Part shown: positions 1 to 12,982 of the stretch, one piece after another
How positions within the stretch are numbered: the first letter of the stretch is position 1
Layout: the number at the start of each line of letters is the position of its first letter
From: Klebsormidium nitens
Taxonomy: Eukaryota; Plantae; Klebsormidiophyceae
DNA length: 64,000 bases
Assembly: GCA_000708835.1 (NCBI GenBank)
Contig: DF237468.1
Coordinates: 315-64,314 of the forward strand
Direction: 5' to 3'
Made by a program: the position numbers and the translations under genes
The notes under the pieces: model-generated
Told to the model about the DNA's origin: nothing
Seen by the model: only the letters and a program-made list of their open reading frames with translations
Database searches by the model: none

Positions 1-1456
1 GAAAAAAACTCCCCAACTTTGCAAAGTTCGGGACTACCGAGCCTCGAAAATCTTAGATGTGACCGCCCTATCACCAAGGCTTGCACAGCAGCTCCATCTT
101 TCTGATCGCGATCGAGACAGAATGATACGTTGGACTCTATCTCGGCTCCATTTTTATACTGTACCCTTTTTCAGTAGTCAGACATCGACCGCCAGTCTTA
201 TACTTGTGACTATATCGACGGTTTAGATTGTCCGTTAGTTACCACTTCCTGAGGGTACACAGTTGTACGGGAATGGTGCTGATTGTGCTGATCTGATCGC
301 CGCATCGCCTGGCGGCTGGCGTAAGCATTTCTGTACGGTCAGTCGCTGGCTGTACAGACTTCAGAGAAACGGTGTGTAGCGGCTCTGTGCCCGGTTTACA
401 GGTCCCCGTATACCGGTAGCTTTCTGTAGGCTCGGCAGTACCAGTCATACTGCAGAGTAACGACCTCCGGCTCCCCTGTCTAGGTATACGAGCTTGACAC
501 TGTGCTCTCCGTGCTCTGACCCCGACCTCCTGTCCGACTCTGGAGCAGCAGAGCATACTCACGCTCAACGTTTCTGTCTGATTCGGTTGCTTGACTCGAG
601 AGTTCATGGTCCCATTGACAGCCTGCCAGGGTCTTCGATCCTTGTTTATTGCCAGGATGGGCTTTATCATGGAAAGTGCAGCAACTCTGTTCAAGAAACA
701 TATCCACAACAGTGGAAGCGGTTCATGCCGCGCCCAATCTGCTTCCGACATTATTAGTGATGACGACCATGAGGCGGAAGAGGGCGCGGCATTTGGGCAC
801 ATGCACGTCGGGCAAGAGGGCCTTTGGGCACGCATTTGATTCAATGGATCGATTGCTTAGACATATGGTTCCTCGGCTGCACAAGTGTTACATGCATGTG
901 CATGGCGCGCCTCAGCTCTCCCAGTTGGTGATGGCGTCATGACGGATTTATTCATGAAAGCAATTCGTAGCTCCTATAGTTGGGCCTAGGCTCTGCGTGT
1001 CAAAGTGCTCTCATAGCCCGCAGCAGCCCGCAAGTAATCAGTCCGTTCGCACCGATAGATAGGACGGCAGCGCTTGATGTGCGTCCGGCTCATGGTCATG
1101 TTAGGCTGCAATCCTCGTGGCCAATGCGCACGTACAATCAATACAACTACCTGCGGCCGAACTTAGTGGTGGCGTTTCAAGAGGGTCGTAGGTCGCTTGA
1201 TACCTGAAGCCCCGTGGAAACCTAAATAACGCGACGGCTGCAGCAGGGCAATCCATTTGCCACATCTGACGTCCGTTGCGCCGATGGCACTCACAAGTCT
1301 AAGTTCGAGATTGCTTTGCGAGATCGAAATCCTTAGTACCACTCGAAGGCAGTGCTTCCGACTTTTAGTACGGTGCTTCCCAAGCAGGAAAACCAGCTTA
1401 CACGTCAGCTACTCTATTCTTGCATGCCTAGGCCTCTTTTGGTTGGTTAGATCTTA

Positions 1457-4385
1457 TCACGAACTACTGGTTTGAAGGCCTGGAGTCCCAGTCAGTTCGG
1501 TAGTCCACAGGAGTGGCCCTTTGGCTCGGACCGATATTCGTTCGGCTTTGATTTCATTTGACGTGCTGATAAGCTCCCCAAATTGTAATGACTGTCCACC
1601 TGAAACGAGAAGACAGGACAATGTTCAATGCACTGCCACCTAAACTGCTCGAGTTCCTTTCCAAGGCCTCAGCACGCGCTTGGTCAAGAGACTCCACATG
1701 CTGGCAAGACTGTGTCGATTGTCGAAGAATCTGGCCGTTACTAGGGTGTTCGGCAGGGTCCAACCACAGACCATTAAACTCGATTCGACAAGGCTCCTGA
1801 GAAATCTAGCGACCCTGTAACAAGTTTCGACTCCTTTTTGTGATGCTTAGACTCTGCTACCTGCTCACCTAGATTCCATCGTAAGCCCGTGCTGTGTACG
1901 TCGGACACGGGCGACCCGACCGGTATTAGCGCGCAGATGGGGCCCTCAACTCCCCGATCAGGATATATCTCGTGCTCGAAGGCCTCCGGTAGTAGTAGCG
2001 CGAGGTTGCCCTTGCCCAAGAGCACGATCCGCAGGTCTCGGAACTTGTATAAGATATGGATGTTCGATAGCTGATGGTCTAGTCGGCCCCCGACCGCCCC
2101 GACCACCAAGAGCTTGGACTGCAGGCAGAGAAGGTCAGAAGCCGAGTCGGTGTTCTTGAGCACTAGATTGCGATGTTTGGTGGTCAGCGGCAGTACTCAA
2201 TCGACGTTTCGATACGGCCAGATTGTTACAGACAACGTTTCTTTGCCGTGAAGCAGAGCAAATGCTCCAATCTGAATTTTTAACTCCTCCGTCATTTAGC
2301 ACGCAGGGACCCGTCTGACAGGAACAATAGAAATGGCCTTGACAGGTCTCGACGTTTTTGGGGGCTTCTCAAGCTCGAACATTTCGCTGGCATCAAAGCG
2401 ACGAGAAGCTTTGACAAACGAAATGTTGAGAAGATAGACTTCTGCCAGAGTTGGCCCGCTGACGGATGGCCGCTACTCACCTACGACAGTACCTACTTGA
2501 GATTTCAGAATTTGGAGTACGAAATTACTAGTGAGTACTGTGACCACCAGATTTTCAGAAACTTTGAGTGATCCATCCTCGAGAAAGTTTTAAGGTCAAT
2601 CTTTCAAGCCTTGCAGATCTCGTGACGATTGCAGAAAGAACAAGAGTATGCTCTTCTCAAATCTTCGAAAGTGTTGTCTTGCAGACATTGATTTCCGAAG
2701 TCCTCGAGTGGCCATTCCCAGTGACCTTTCCGAGTCACTCTTAGGAGCAAGGTCGTCTCCCCTCCAAGACAGAGGGGTTGGGCGATAAAGATAGCGAGAC
2801 ACAAGCGTCGACTTCACAAAATACCTGCTGCGTTAGACTTGGATTTGCGCCCTGTGCGTATTTGATGCACTTGTGCAGGTCGGAGGTGTCCTGGTCGTGT
2901 GATAGATCGATGATCGGAACACTCTGCAGTGACACAAGAACAGCAGCGCTGAGCAATCCATGCTGACCGCTGTTCGTTTTTCAGGGACAATGGACGAAAA
3001 AAGACTGAATTCGGCGCGCTTGCCTCAGAATCGTTGAATTCTTCTCACGAAACCTTGATAATGATCTACCAACCAACTGCAGCAAGCAGACTCCAGCTTA
3101 AATCAGAAACTCACATTCTGAGTGTAGAAGTCCCGCACGTCTGGTCGCAACGAGTCAAGGTCGCCGACGATTGCATCTGGAATGTATCTGTAAGAGGGTA
3201 GTAAGCAAGCATGTTAGTAATTTTCATCCCACGGATCTTAAAAGCACTCATCTGGAGATGCATATGCAGAATCACTACCAAGACTTACTCTAAATACCCA
3301 CAAGCTGTAGTGGACTTTGCCTTCTTCCGGTTAGGTCAGAACCGACTCAAAAGTTGATCATGTGTGACTGGACTAGTGACCACAGGCTCTCTAAAGGTAA
3401 AGGGACAAGTGCCTGCTCTGGGATCAAGGAGAAGACTGGATGTTGGTTGCTATCCTCGACACCCCTGTCAGGATGCAGGGGAAAAAGGAAAAAGCCATCA
3501 AGCACTTGGCAGCGATTCCAAAGTTTTCAGAAGGCATTCTGATGGTGCATTATCTGCTGCGCACCTTGCTCGAACGGCTGACTCTTCTTCTTCCTGAAAG
3601 ATGCGGGGAAGCTCGTCGTATATCCGGTTTGCACCACCGTCTGCACAGACTCGTAATCTGCCTGCAGATGAAGTACACATTGAGGCACCCAAGGAGCCAA
3701 TGATTGCTACACACTTTCTTCCTCATCAATTGACTAGCGCCAAAGAAGGCCTCATGAACAACCGCACCCACAATGACTACCCCTATGTTGATCATGACCA
3801 TACAAATCATAGAGAGGAGAAGTAGAGTATCCAAGGTGGCTTGCAACAGCGTCCCAAGTTGAATTGGAACAGCGTGCTCTGAAAGGCTTCGCTTGATGCT
3901 ACAATCCATGCACGTCAGAAAATTATTGTTGCGAAGAAAGTGGTGGCGCATCAACACTTACTCTGTTCCCAAAGGAGAGGAACGAAGGACGGCAGGCTGT
4001 AATTCAGGACTATCAGCACGTGATCCTGGTTCACTTGCTTGGTGGCCTTGAAGAAGTCGCTTCTATGTTCCAGGGTCGGTTTAGTCATAGCCGATATATG
4101 TCGCACCTGCTTACGAACGGCGCTCTTCCTGTCTGTCACTGCAGCAGATAGTTCATTGCCTAGTGATATAGATTGCAATCTTGGGTGGTGGCTATTCGAC
4201 CGATTGGTACCAAGGGTGTTGAAGAGTGCAGAGGTATGCCTAAGTCCCCTTCTGAGAATCAAATGCAATGATTGTTGTGACCAGATCCCTTGCGCATGCG
4301 GCTGTTCTAGAAAATTCGAAGTCCTGTCTTCCAATGCAAGTGGTAGGCGTCTAAGGCGGCCGCAATGCCGCAGACCTGACAGCAT
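1457..4385 (-). CDS. TPK1: Thiamine pyrophosphokinase, 6 exons
   Basis: Spliced motifs in order on the minus strand: LIVLNYSLP, RVCADGGAN, PDAIVGDLDSLR, DQDTSDLHKC, VGAVGGRLDHQLSN, STGLRWNL, FGELISTSN...PLLWT. Stop TGA at 1457-1459. In-frame ATGs at 4385 and 4088 (the ORF-track start at 4403 is GTG). Confidence 0.93.
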
Positions 4386-5120
4386 GAGAAATCTTCGGTG
4401 CACTTTTGACCGTCAAGTTGGTCACCGCTGGCACGTCAGGAACATTTTCGAAGGCACCTTAGAGAGAACTTTTCCAAGAGCAGATTGCTCACAGGCAACG
4501 TCTGCTGGCGCTGTCCTCCTTGATTCCCCTTCTCCTCGCGCGCAGAGAAGGCTCTTTGATTTACACCAGGTGCCAGCTTGGCACTGGTTCCACCTGGAGG
4601 TGGTTCAACAAAGCAAAGCCCTGGAGTTACTGCTAACCCATTTGCAAACTGAGGGTTTATCCCATGCTTGCTCCTTCCCCGGGCTCCAGCTCTGGCCCGT
4701 CAGTCGCGTGCTCGTTGCATTTCTCCTGCCCGGGGACGCCGCTGGGTTGCAAACCCTTGGTTCGCAAACCCCGCATAGTGATTTGAGAAGTGTCCATTGA
4801 GAGCGCTGCATAGGGCAGAGTTCAAACCCTAATTTTGCAGCTGGACCCGAGCATGCGAGCTGTGAAGCAAGGCCATGGAACAGCAGAAGCAGCTATAAAA
4901 GGTAGTGCTGGGTATTGCCAGCTTTCAATCAACGATTTGAAAGGGCTTTTGAAGCACGGGATTTTGCAGGAAGTTGAAGCATTGAAGGAGCCAGCAGCAC
5001 GGTTGAGATGTTCTGAGTACTGCAACATGGTGCCAGCGTCAATCTAGCAGCTTACACGCTGAGAATCATGAATGCGAGCTGAGAAGCAGAAGCATTTAAC
5101 CTCCACTGATTGCAGACACC

Positions 5121-8100
5121 ATGGCTGCTCCACTGGAGGATGACGCAGTTCGCATCAGCATCTATCTTAGAGTCCGGCCTGTCACAAATCCTGCCTCCAA
5201 GGTGGAGATTGAGGCAGACGAAGGCCAGGTCGCCTTCACCTTACCACGCGATGCAGCTGGTGGATACGTCAACAACTCCAGGGAAAATTATGCATTCAAG
5301 TTTGATGGCATCTTTGATGCGGAGGCCAAACAGGTGTGGAGCTCAGCGCAGTAATGTCAGGGCATATTACATTGCGTAATTCAAGCTCATATTGAACGGA
5401 TATTCTATTGGTCACATGTGAGGAGACAAAATGTAGATTAATGGCCTACTCAAAGCCAGCTTTAAAAAAAACAGAGCACAGGAGTGGTGCAATCAGCTGA
5501 TTGCAGCACCTCAGCTACCTGCAGGTGCCTGAAGGATGTCTTTCATGTCATTTCACGGTCACGTTCAATTTTCTGCCGAGGTTCATCATCAGAGACCAGC
5601 TGCAGCTATGTAACTTGCAAAGTTGCAAGATATCAAGCGGTCTGTGGTTGCCCACTAGAGAAGCTAACATTCTTCGGGCCAGCGAGGGGACAGTCGCCCG
5701 CTATTCAACTCAGAGCTCAGAGGCAGCTGAATCGCTCACTTCTTGTTGTCCTTCATCTTAATGTACACTACTCTTCACATCGAGTTGTCTTCGAGAATTT
5801 TTGACGCTTGCTTGTCTGCAGAGCCAAGGGTCGCTCACTTTGCAATAAAAAGCAAAGGCGTGCCCGCAAGATGTCTCCTCGATCAGATTGGTAAGAAGTG
5901 TTGTTCGCCAACCCATCCTGACTTTCAAAAATCTTCCCCACTTTGACCAGACGAGGTTTTCACTCGGCTATGACCCCCTCACAAGGTGCACCTCTCCTCT
6001 GAAAGCAAGACTACCGTCATGACGAAGCTTGATCAAGCGTGGTTTTTCTCTGTGCTCCTTTCAGGACGTCATCTTTGAGCGCACCTCCCACAAGGTGGTC
6101 GTCGGCGCTTTGGACGGGATCAACGGCACCATCTTTGCCTACGGACAGACTGGATCCGGCAAGACTTTCACCATCACCGGAGGCGCCACCCGTTACGCCG
6201 ACCGAGGAATCATCCCGCGAGCAATCAGCCTCATCTTCAAGGAGCTGAGTCAGCGGAGCGACTGGACATACACCGTGCACTTCAGCTACCTTGAGATCTA
6301 CAATGAGCAGGGGTATGATTTGTTGGATCCAACGCATGAAGATTCGAAATCGTTGGAAGATCTGCCGAAGGTCACGCTTATGGAGGATGAGGATAAGCAG
6401 ATTCATCTGCGCAACTTGTCGGCGCACCCCGCCTCGTAAGTACCCGTACTGCTCCTGAATGTCAAATCTTGTTTTTGAATGTTTCGGCTGTAGAATCTGG
6501 CAATTCAGCTCCTATTCTTCTTGTACCTTCCACTCCCCAAAGACAGGCCGACCATGCACCTCATGGGATATATCTTGGCCCCGAAGTTGACTGCGAAGGC
6601 ATGCAGAAACTATTCTCGAAAGAAGACTTATGAGAGCTCATCCAATTGTAACCGCTTCAGCTGAACACACCCATCATCTGCTAGCAGGCGGCACCATGAC
6701 AAATAGTTGAGCTTGTTTGGTCCGAAGTTGGCCCTGTCGAGTCAAGGGTAGATTTCGTGTACACTTAGGCAACTGGGTTCGATGACAGGTGTGTTTCACG
6801 GTCGCCTTCTTTCGCACGCAATTTCCTCTTAGTATAAAGAAGAGATTGTGAGTCTTCTCTCCTTCGGCGAAACCAACGACGCTCATCAACCAACGCCTTA
6901 TACCTTATCCGTGCTTTTTCCAGGAACGAAGAGGAGGCCCTCAACCTGCTCTTCCTCGGCGATACCAACCGCATGATCAGCGCTACGCCCATGAACCAAG
7001 CCTCAACCCGGGGGCACTGCATTTTCACGGCCAGCATTGAGGCGCGGAAAGCGGGGCACGACATGGTTCGACGTTCGAAACTGCATCTGGTCGATCTGGC
7101 CGGGTCCGAGAGGGTCAGCAAGACGCACGTGGATGGACTCATTCTCAAGGAGGCCAAGTATATTAACCTGTCGCTACACTTCCTGGAACAGGTAAGGGGG
7201 TTCTTTCTTTCTGGGCCGGGGCCTTGCTTCGGCGAATGTAATGTTGCGCCCGAAAAGACGCGAGTATCCATCCGCAAGCTGAGAGCTGCTCCGCTTTCGA
7301 CCAGTTGAGAGACCAAGCCAAGAGGATCCAACGTGAAATTTTTTCGTCTCACAAGTGCATCTGGCGCGGAATGCATGCCGTAAGGACGCAGATTGAAGGA
7401 CGGGGCAGGAGCTCTGACGGTCTCTACTGCTCGAAAGAACGCCTCCACTCCCTCTGTCTTCCTGCCCGTACATACCGTAAATACTCGCGTTTTCGCCTCT
7501 GTGCTGAACCCCATCTAGCCGTGAGTCGTTTCCAACCTCGCATGCAGACCCAACTTCGAAACAAGACTCAATGCAAAGTCAGGCTCAACCTTTTAGCCAA
7601 ATTGGACCCGTCGTCAAAGCCAAATTGAAAACCCAGTTTCAGTCTATGATCGAGATTTGATTTCATATCCATCCCGCCCCCAGGTGATCGTGGCGCTGCA
7701 GGAGCGCAGCCAGGGCAAGGCGCGCAGCCACGTGCCTTACCGCAACTCCATGATGACGTCAGTGCTGCGCGACAGCCTGGGCGGGAACTGCCGCACCGTC
7801 ATGATTGCCACTGTGAACACGTCAGCAGAGCAACTAGAGGAGACCATCTCGACGTGCCGCTTCGCGCAGCGGGTAGCTCAGATCTCGAACCAGGTTTACG
7901 TTAACGAGGAGCTTGACCCGGTGCTGGTCATCCGGCGGCTCAAGCAGGAGATAAGGGACCTCAAGGTGAGTTATGCGACGGGTCCTGAGAATGCTCAAGT
8001 GGTTTCTTCTTGTTCTTTGTGTGTGTGGCAACCTCGCACGAGCAATTTTGTTATGTCATATGCTTGACTATGAACAGAGAAGCAGATCGATCGGTTTTGC

Positions 8101-11100
8101 AAAATATCTTCTTCGAGATGAGGTTTTAAAGGTGCAGGGCGGCTGTTGAGGGCAACTCAAATACTCAATCTTAAGGCAAATACTATCTTCTGGCCAATTG
8201 CCGCACTTTTGCCCGCTCAAAGTTCTTAAAGCACAATCGAACGGCTAAGATTATCTCGATTTGGACGGTCCGCAGGAGGAACTGCGGCTACTCAAGGGCG
8301 ACGATGCGGACCGGGGTCCCATCACCGAGAGCGAGATCGAGCAGATTGGGAAGCAAATCGAACGATACGTCCAAGACCCGTCTCCCGAGGCTGCTTTAAA
8401 TGTTGGCACAAGTATGATGCACATACGGGCAGCGTTTGAGCTTTTCAAGAAGTTGTGCAAGGACCGGAAAGTGGAGAAGCGTGCCGCGGCCGCGGGCGCG
8501 CCGAACCCCGAATTCGCAAAAGGGGTTAGCGGGAGGATTGCGGTTAACGGGACGGTTCCGGAGAGTAAGGAGCGGGTTCCGGAGGCGACGGCGGCGGAAG
8601 CGGAAGAGGTGAAGAAGCTGCGGCTGCAATTGAAACAGAGGGATAACGAAGTGAACATTTTGGTGGCGATGTTGAAGGGACGAGGAGTGGACGGAGCAGA
8701 GGCCTTGTTACAATCGAGGACACACGCCCCTGAGGCTACGGAGGCGCAGTCAAAAGCGACAAAGCCCCCGACAGGGCCTCTCTCGGAGCCGGTCGCGAGT
8801 CCGACCGGAACCGAACGGAACGGAGCGGAAAAGGCGGGGCGCGGCGGGGTGTCGAGCGTCGCGGCCGCGCTGATCAAAGCGCGCGCGACGAGCCCGACGA
8901 AAGGGGCAATTCCCGAAGCAAGCGCGCGCGCGACAGGGGCGGCTTCCGACGAGAGCGCGCGCGCGCCGGCTCAGGACTTGAGCCTGGGCCTGCTGGCGGA
9001 CCGAAACAAGGCGTTTGAGATGTGAGTAGATGACGTTGCGTAGTTAAGGCTGACTGAAAGCAGCTTGCCACGTTACTTTTTTTGTGCTCGCCGAACCAAA
9101 CAGAGAGGCCGCTCTGGGTGACGCCAGCAGAAACTGTGAAAGCTGCGAGGAGCTTGTTGGATCCCCGTCGTTAGCCGCTGCGTAACTGATCGATATGGTC
9201 ATTCATCGACTCCTTTGGTGTTCGTATGAAAGAGCTCTTTCCTCTCTTGATATCCCTTTTGTGGACCCTAAACTCCATTAAAACCAAGACCAAAGCGGCG
9301 CACAATAAGAACTGTTCTTAATCTATCCGTCAGAAAGGTCTCAGAAGATTCTTGTGATTGCGATGACGCAATGTGAAAAACGGAGAGTCCCAGACGTTCT
9401 ACAATTGTGCCACACGTCCCTAACTTTCAGCTGTTCCGGCCGCAGGTTCCGCAAGAGCTACCGGAAGAACGAGGTGATCGAGGAGAACAAGGCTATTCTG
9501 AAGGCCAAGTACACGGAGGCGAAAGCGCTCGGGGAGACCGTAAATGCCGCCCGGGAGGTGAGCCGTCACACTTCGCGACACTTTAGGAATGATGAGCTTC
9601 AGGAATAGTAAGCTTCAAGAATAATAAGCTTCAAGAATAAAAAGGTTCAAGGAAAGTAAGCTCAAACCAAACACTAAATCTCAAACAAGAACAGGTACCT
9701 GCTCCGCACCCGTACCCACCCTAACCCCCAAACTAACCCTACCCGTTCCAGGCTGGTGATCTTACTATTCCTTAAAGCTTACCAGTCCTAAAGTGTCATT
9801 GCTTAGCCGTTACGTATAAAGAGCTGCACCCGTTCAAAGTTTGTCTGTTTATAGGATCAGGTGCTCTGAAAATAGTCTCATGGTGCCCTCGCAGGCACTC
9901 GCACTGCCGCACTTCTCCTCTAAAAAAAAACCGCCGCAGTCATACCCGGTCTACATGCGGGGCATCCATCGTCTTCAGCACAGTCCTTGAGCCCTATGTT
10001 TCGTTCTTGCTTCTTCAGCTACTTCGGTCATCGCGTGGCCTAGGTCCGTGCTACTTCAGAGTCCGACTGCAAATCTCCCCACCTCGCAGCACAGTACATT
10101 CCCTAGTCGGGTATCGAGCAAACGCCCGTCTCTTTTTTCAAAACAATTCCTTAATGCACCAAATCGCGAGACGGTTAACAAGGGTAAACAGACGGTTAAC
10201 AGACGGTTATGAAACCCTCTCCCGACCCTTCTTCCTTCCGCAGCACATCAACGGCCTCAAGTCGCGCATCGAGCAGCGCCGCATGAAGCGCGCGATGGCC
10301 GCGGTCGCGGACGGGGGGGATCCCTCCGCGCTGCCGCCCGACCCGGAGGAAGAGGCGCTGAAGCACGAGATCGACGAGCACAAGGGGACGTACAAGGACG
10401 GGTTTGCGCGGTTGAGGGATCTCAAGAAGGAGATCGAGCACCTGCAGATGATCCTGGAACAGAGCCGGGTTCGGCTACAGGTGAGCGACGCGGCTGTGCG
10501 CTTTGTCAACGACTATTTATATTTTTCGTAGATAACAAAACGACACTAGTGTACGTCAATGCACAAGAAGCGTGGAGTCGACCTTTGAGTCTGTCCCAGA
10601 AGCGAACTTCCCGTGGAGTAGCCAGCGCCCCGTATCTCGGGAGCAAACGAAAGAAATGCATTCTTTAGTTCAGCTTCTAACCAATTGCAGAGGAAGGAGC
10701 AAGACATTCAAGCTCGGAGTTCACAAGCAATCGCACCCGGTCTCAAGGCGAACGTCTTTGTTAATCTGTAACGCGTCGTTGGCATACAGGAGTCGACTTG
10801 ATTGCGATCGCAATTCCCTTTCGTCTAAGGAGCTACACTCGTTGCTCGGCGAACTGTAGCTGCGTCGCGCTTGGGAAGCCTTCCCTGTTTTTACGTTTCG
10901 TCTTTGGACTCGCATCTTGTCTGCTGAAGGAATCAAGTAGTACATGAGACATTACCAGATCACAAAAAAAAGAAGCAGAACAGAGAGTACTTCATCAAGG
11001 ATCTGCTCCATGTGCTTAGACCTTCGGTTAAGTTGTTCTGAGCATTTGGACCTGGTTTTCCATGTCAATCAGTTCTACCCACGCAGAGCAGATTCCAGTT

Positions 11101-12043
11101 GCACTTCAGTACCAGCTGCAAAATAGTTTTCGCCGCTGGCCGACTGTGAGTAGATACGAAAACTACGAGCAGCAGGAATACATGAGTCATTACCAGGCAC
11201 TATTTCGACCAAAAACACTTGAACAGAAAGGAACCCTTTTCTCTTTCGCAGGCCGACTTCGAGCAGTGGCTCAACATCATGGCGCGTCAGCAGCAGCCCG
11301 GCGCCCACACCGCGGCCCGGCCAACGTCGCCCCTAGGCGAATCCAACGCTAACCTGCTTGGCAATTCGCGCGAGCCGGCCGCGAGCCTTCGCTCTACAAA
11401 GGCCGCCCGCGCGGACGTCGGCGCCCCCGACGAGCGCGCGGAGCGCGCGTCGCGGCCGCTCAGCGCACCGAACCGGTCCGCACGAGAGAAAAAAGAGGCC
11501 CCTTTCGTGGGCGATGATAGTAGAAGAAGGGACGGGGCGCTGAGCCCAAGCCCGGTGGAAAGCCCCGGGCAGTCGTTCGCGCGCGCACCGAGGAGCGCTT
11601 GGGGCGCTGGCGGGTCCGCCGCCAGCACGCCGTCGGCTTTTCAGGCTTCGGACGTGGCGTCGCCCGCGTCTTCGGCTGCTTTCTCGCCATCCAGTTTCCC
11701 TGCGGCAAGGGCGCACGAAAATCAGGAAGCGCCGCAGAGTAGCAGGTTTGACCGACGCAAAGATGCGGGCTCTACGCTAGATGGATCGGGGGATAGAAAT
11801 AGTTCCGGGGCCGGGCCAGGCAGGAGGAGAGAGCCTGGAGCGGATTCCGCTACGGACCAGAACGGAAGGCCCTTGTCTCCCAGTACGCAGTGGGCGGTCC
11901 AGCGCGCGGCGCCGATCCTGACGGGAAACGCGGAGGCGGACGCGGACATCATCGCGTTCTATAAGGCGCGCGAGAAGCTGCTAAGTAACGCGCGCCTATC
12001 TGGGACGGCCGCGCCGCAAAGCGCGCAAGGTGGCAGACAATGA
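5121..12043 (+). CDS. KIF6: Kinesin-9 family motor (KIF6-like), 8 exons
   Basis: P-loop GQTGSGKT, YLEIYNE, DLAGSER, HVPYRNS, SLGGN and the KIF6-type C-terminal motif LTGNAEADADIIAFYKARE. Phase-consistent exons: 5121-5333, 6065-6435, 6924-7191, 7684-7965, 8276-9021, 9446-9557, 10244-10480, 11252-12043. Confidence 0.93.
9696..9751 (+). repeat. Dispersed C-rich intronic element, copy A (KIF6 intron)
   Basis: TACCTGCTCCGCACCCGTACCCACCCTAACCCCCAAACTAACCCTACCCGTTCCAG; matches copies at 33153, 36108 and 42899. Confidence 0.8.
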
Positions 12044-12982
12044 GGACGCCTTGTGTACCGTACCGCGTCGGGTCCTTAGGTTTCCCGAGTGAGAAAGTAA
12101 TTGGAAGATCCCAAGTCCACTCTGAAAGTCTTGAGTAGTGTCCGTTGAAAACAAGACGAAAACAAAAATACAAGTTCATTCTCTGGTAACGAATTCGTTG
12201 TACTGATCAATGTCAGAATGTAGCTCACATCAAGCCTTTCAAATGCCGATCACAACCAGCAGCTCCGCGCCAGCGGATGCTCTCATGTGTAAACGGCATG
12301 CATGACGGTAGCACGCCTCCGGCAAAATGAACTTATACGGTGGATCAGCTGATGCTCTGCTTTAACGACCTTCTCAAAATAGTGAAGAACGGTCATCAGC
12401 TTATCAACACTGCAAGCTTCTGGTCCAGATTAGAAATGCAATCTCACCCGGAGGCTTCACGTCCACCGGCTGGAAGCTGTCCCTCACGATGAGGTCATTG
12501 ATTTTCGTTGGGGCAAAATTTAAGGAGGCTAACTAGCTCTAGCCTGGCACACTTACGCAAATCCCGCGTTGCAGCCAAGTGCAGCCGCTCAAAGCAATTA
12601 GACCCGCGTCTTAGCGGGTCAGATAAATTACCACCTTCAAGTCGATCATGCATGTGTCGTACGGGAGTTGGGGCTTGCACTCCACGATAATCGAACGGGC
12701 TTACAAGCATGGCTGGATGGATAAATGTCTGAATGTAACAAATCAGGCTACTCTGTAGAATTTGCGGCTCTAGTTTTTCCTGCTCATTATCCACGTGCTT
12801 CCGTAACTAAATCTGCTACTTACCCATCTGTGTGCATCGGTCTACGTACTAAACCAAGGCCCTTCGCACCACTGGGGGGGACGCTATTTGAGTAGAAGTT
12901 CTCAGATGCACGTTCTGAAGGTGCATACCCGAACTAAGTTTGAGCAACAAAACTCCTTCCATGAAGCAAGCTTGTACGAATC

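Noticed and set aside
15-28. Perfect 14-bp palindrome AACTTTGCAAAGTT at the window start
   Set aside because: Too short and at the edge; no partner terminus visible.
239-942. Overlapping ORFs, one with a vaguely C2H2-like stretch (TCTSGKRAF...LLRHM)
   Set aside because: Cys/His spacing is wrong, there is no consistent exon structure and no family is recognisable.
4039-4800. 253-aa plus-strand ORF
   Set aside because: Antisense to the TPK1 5' region; no motifs; likely a shadow frame.
9696-9751. Interstitial telomere array
   Set aside because: Only isolated CCCTAAC-like pieces inside a longer dispersed element; no tandem telomeric repeat.
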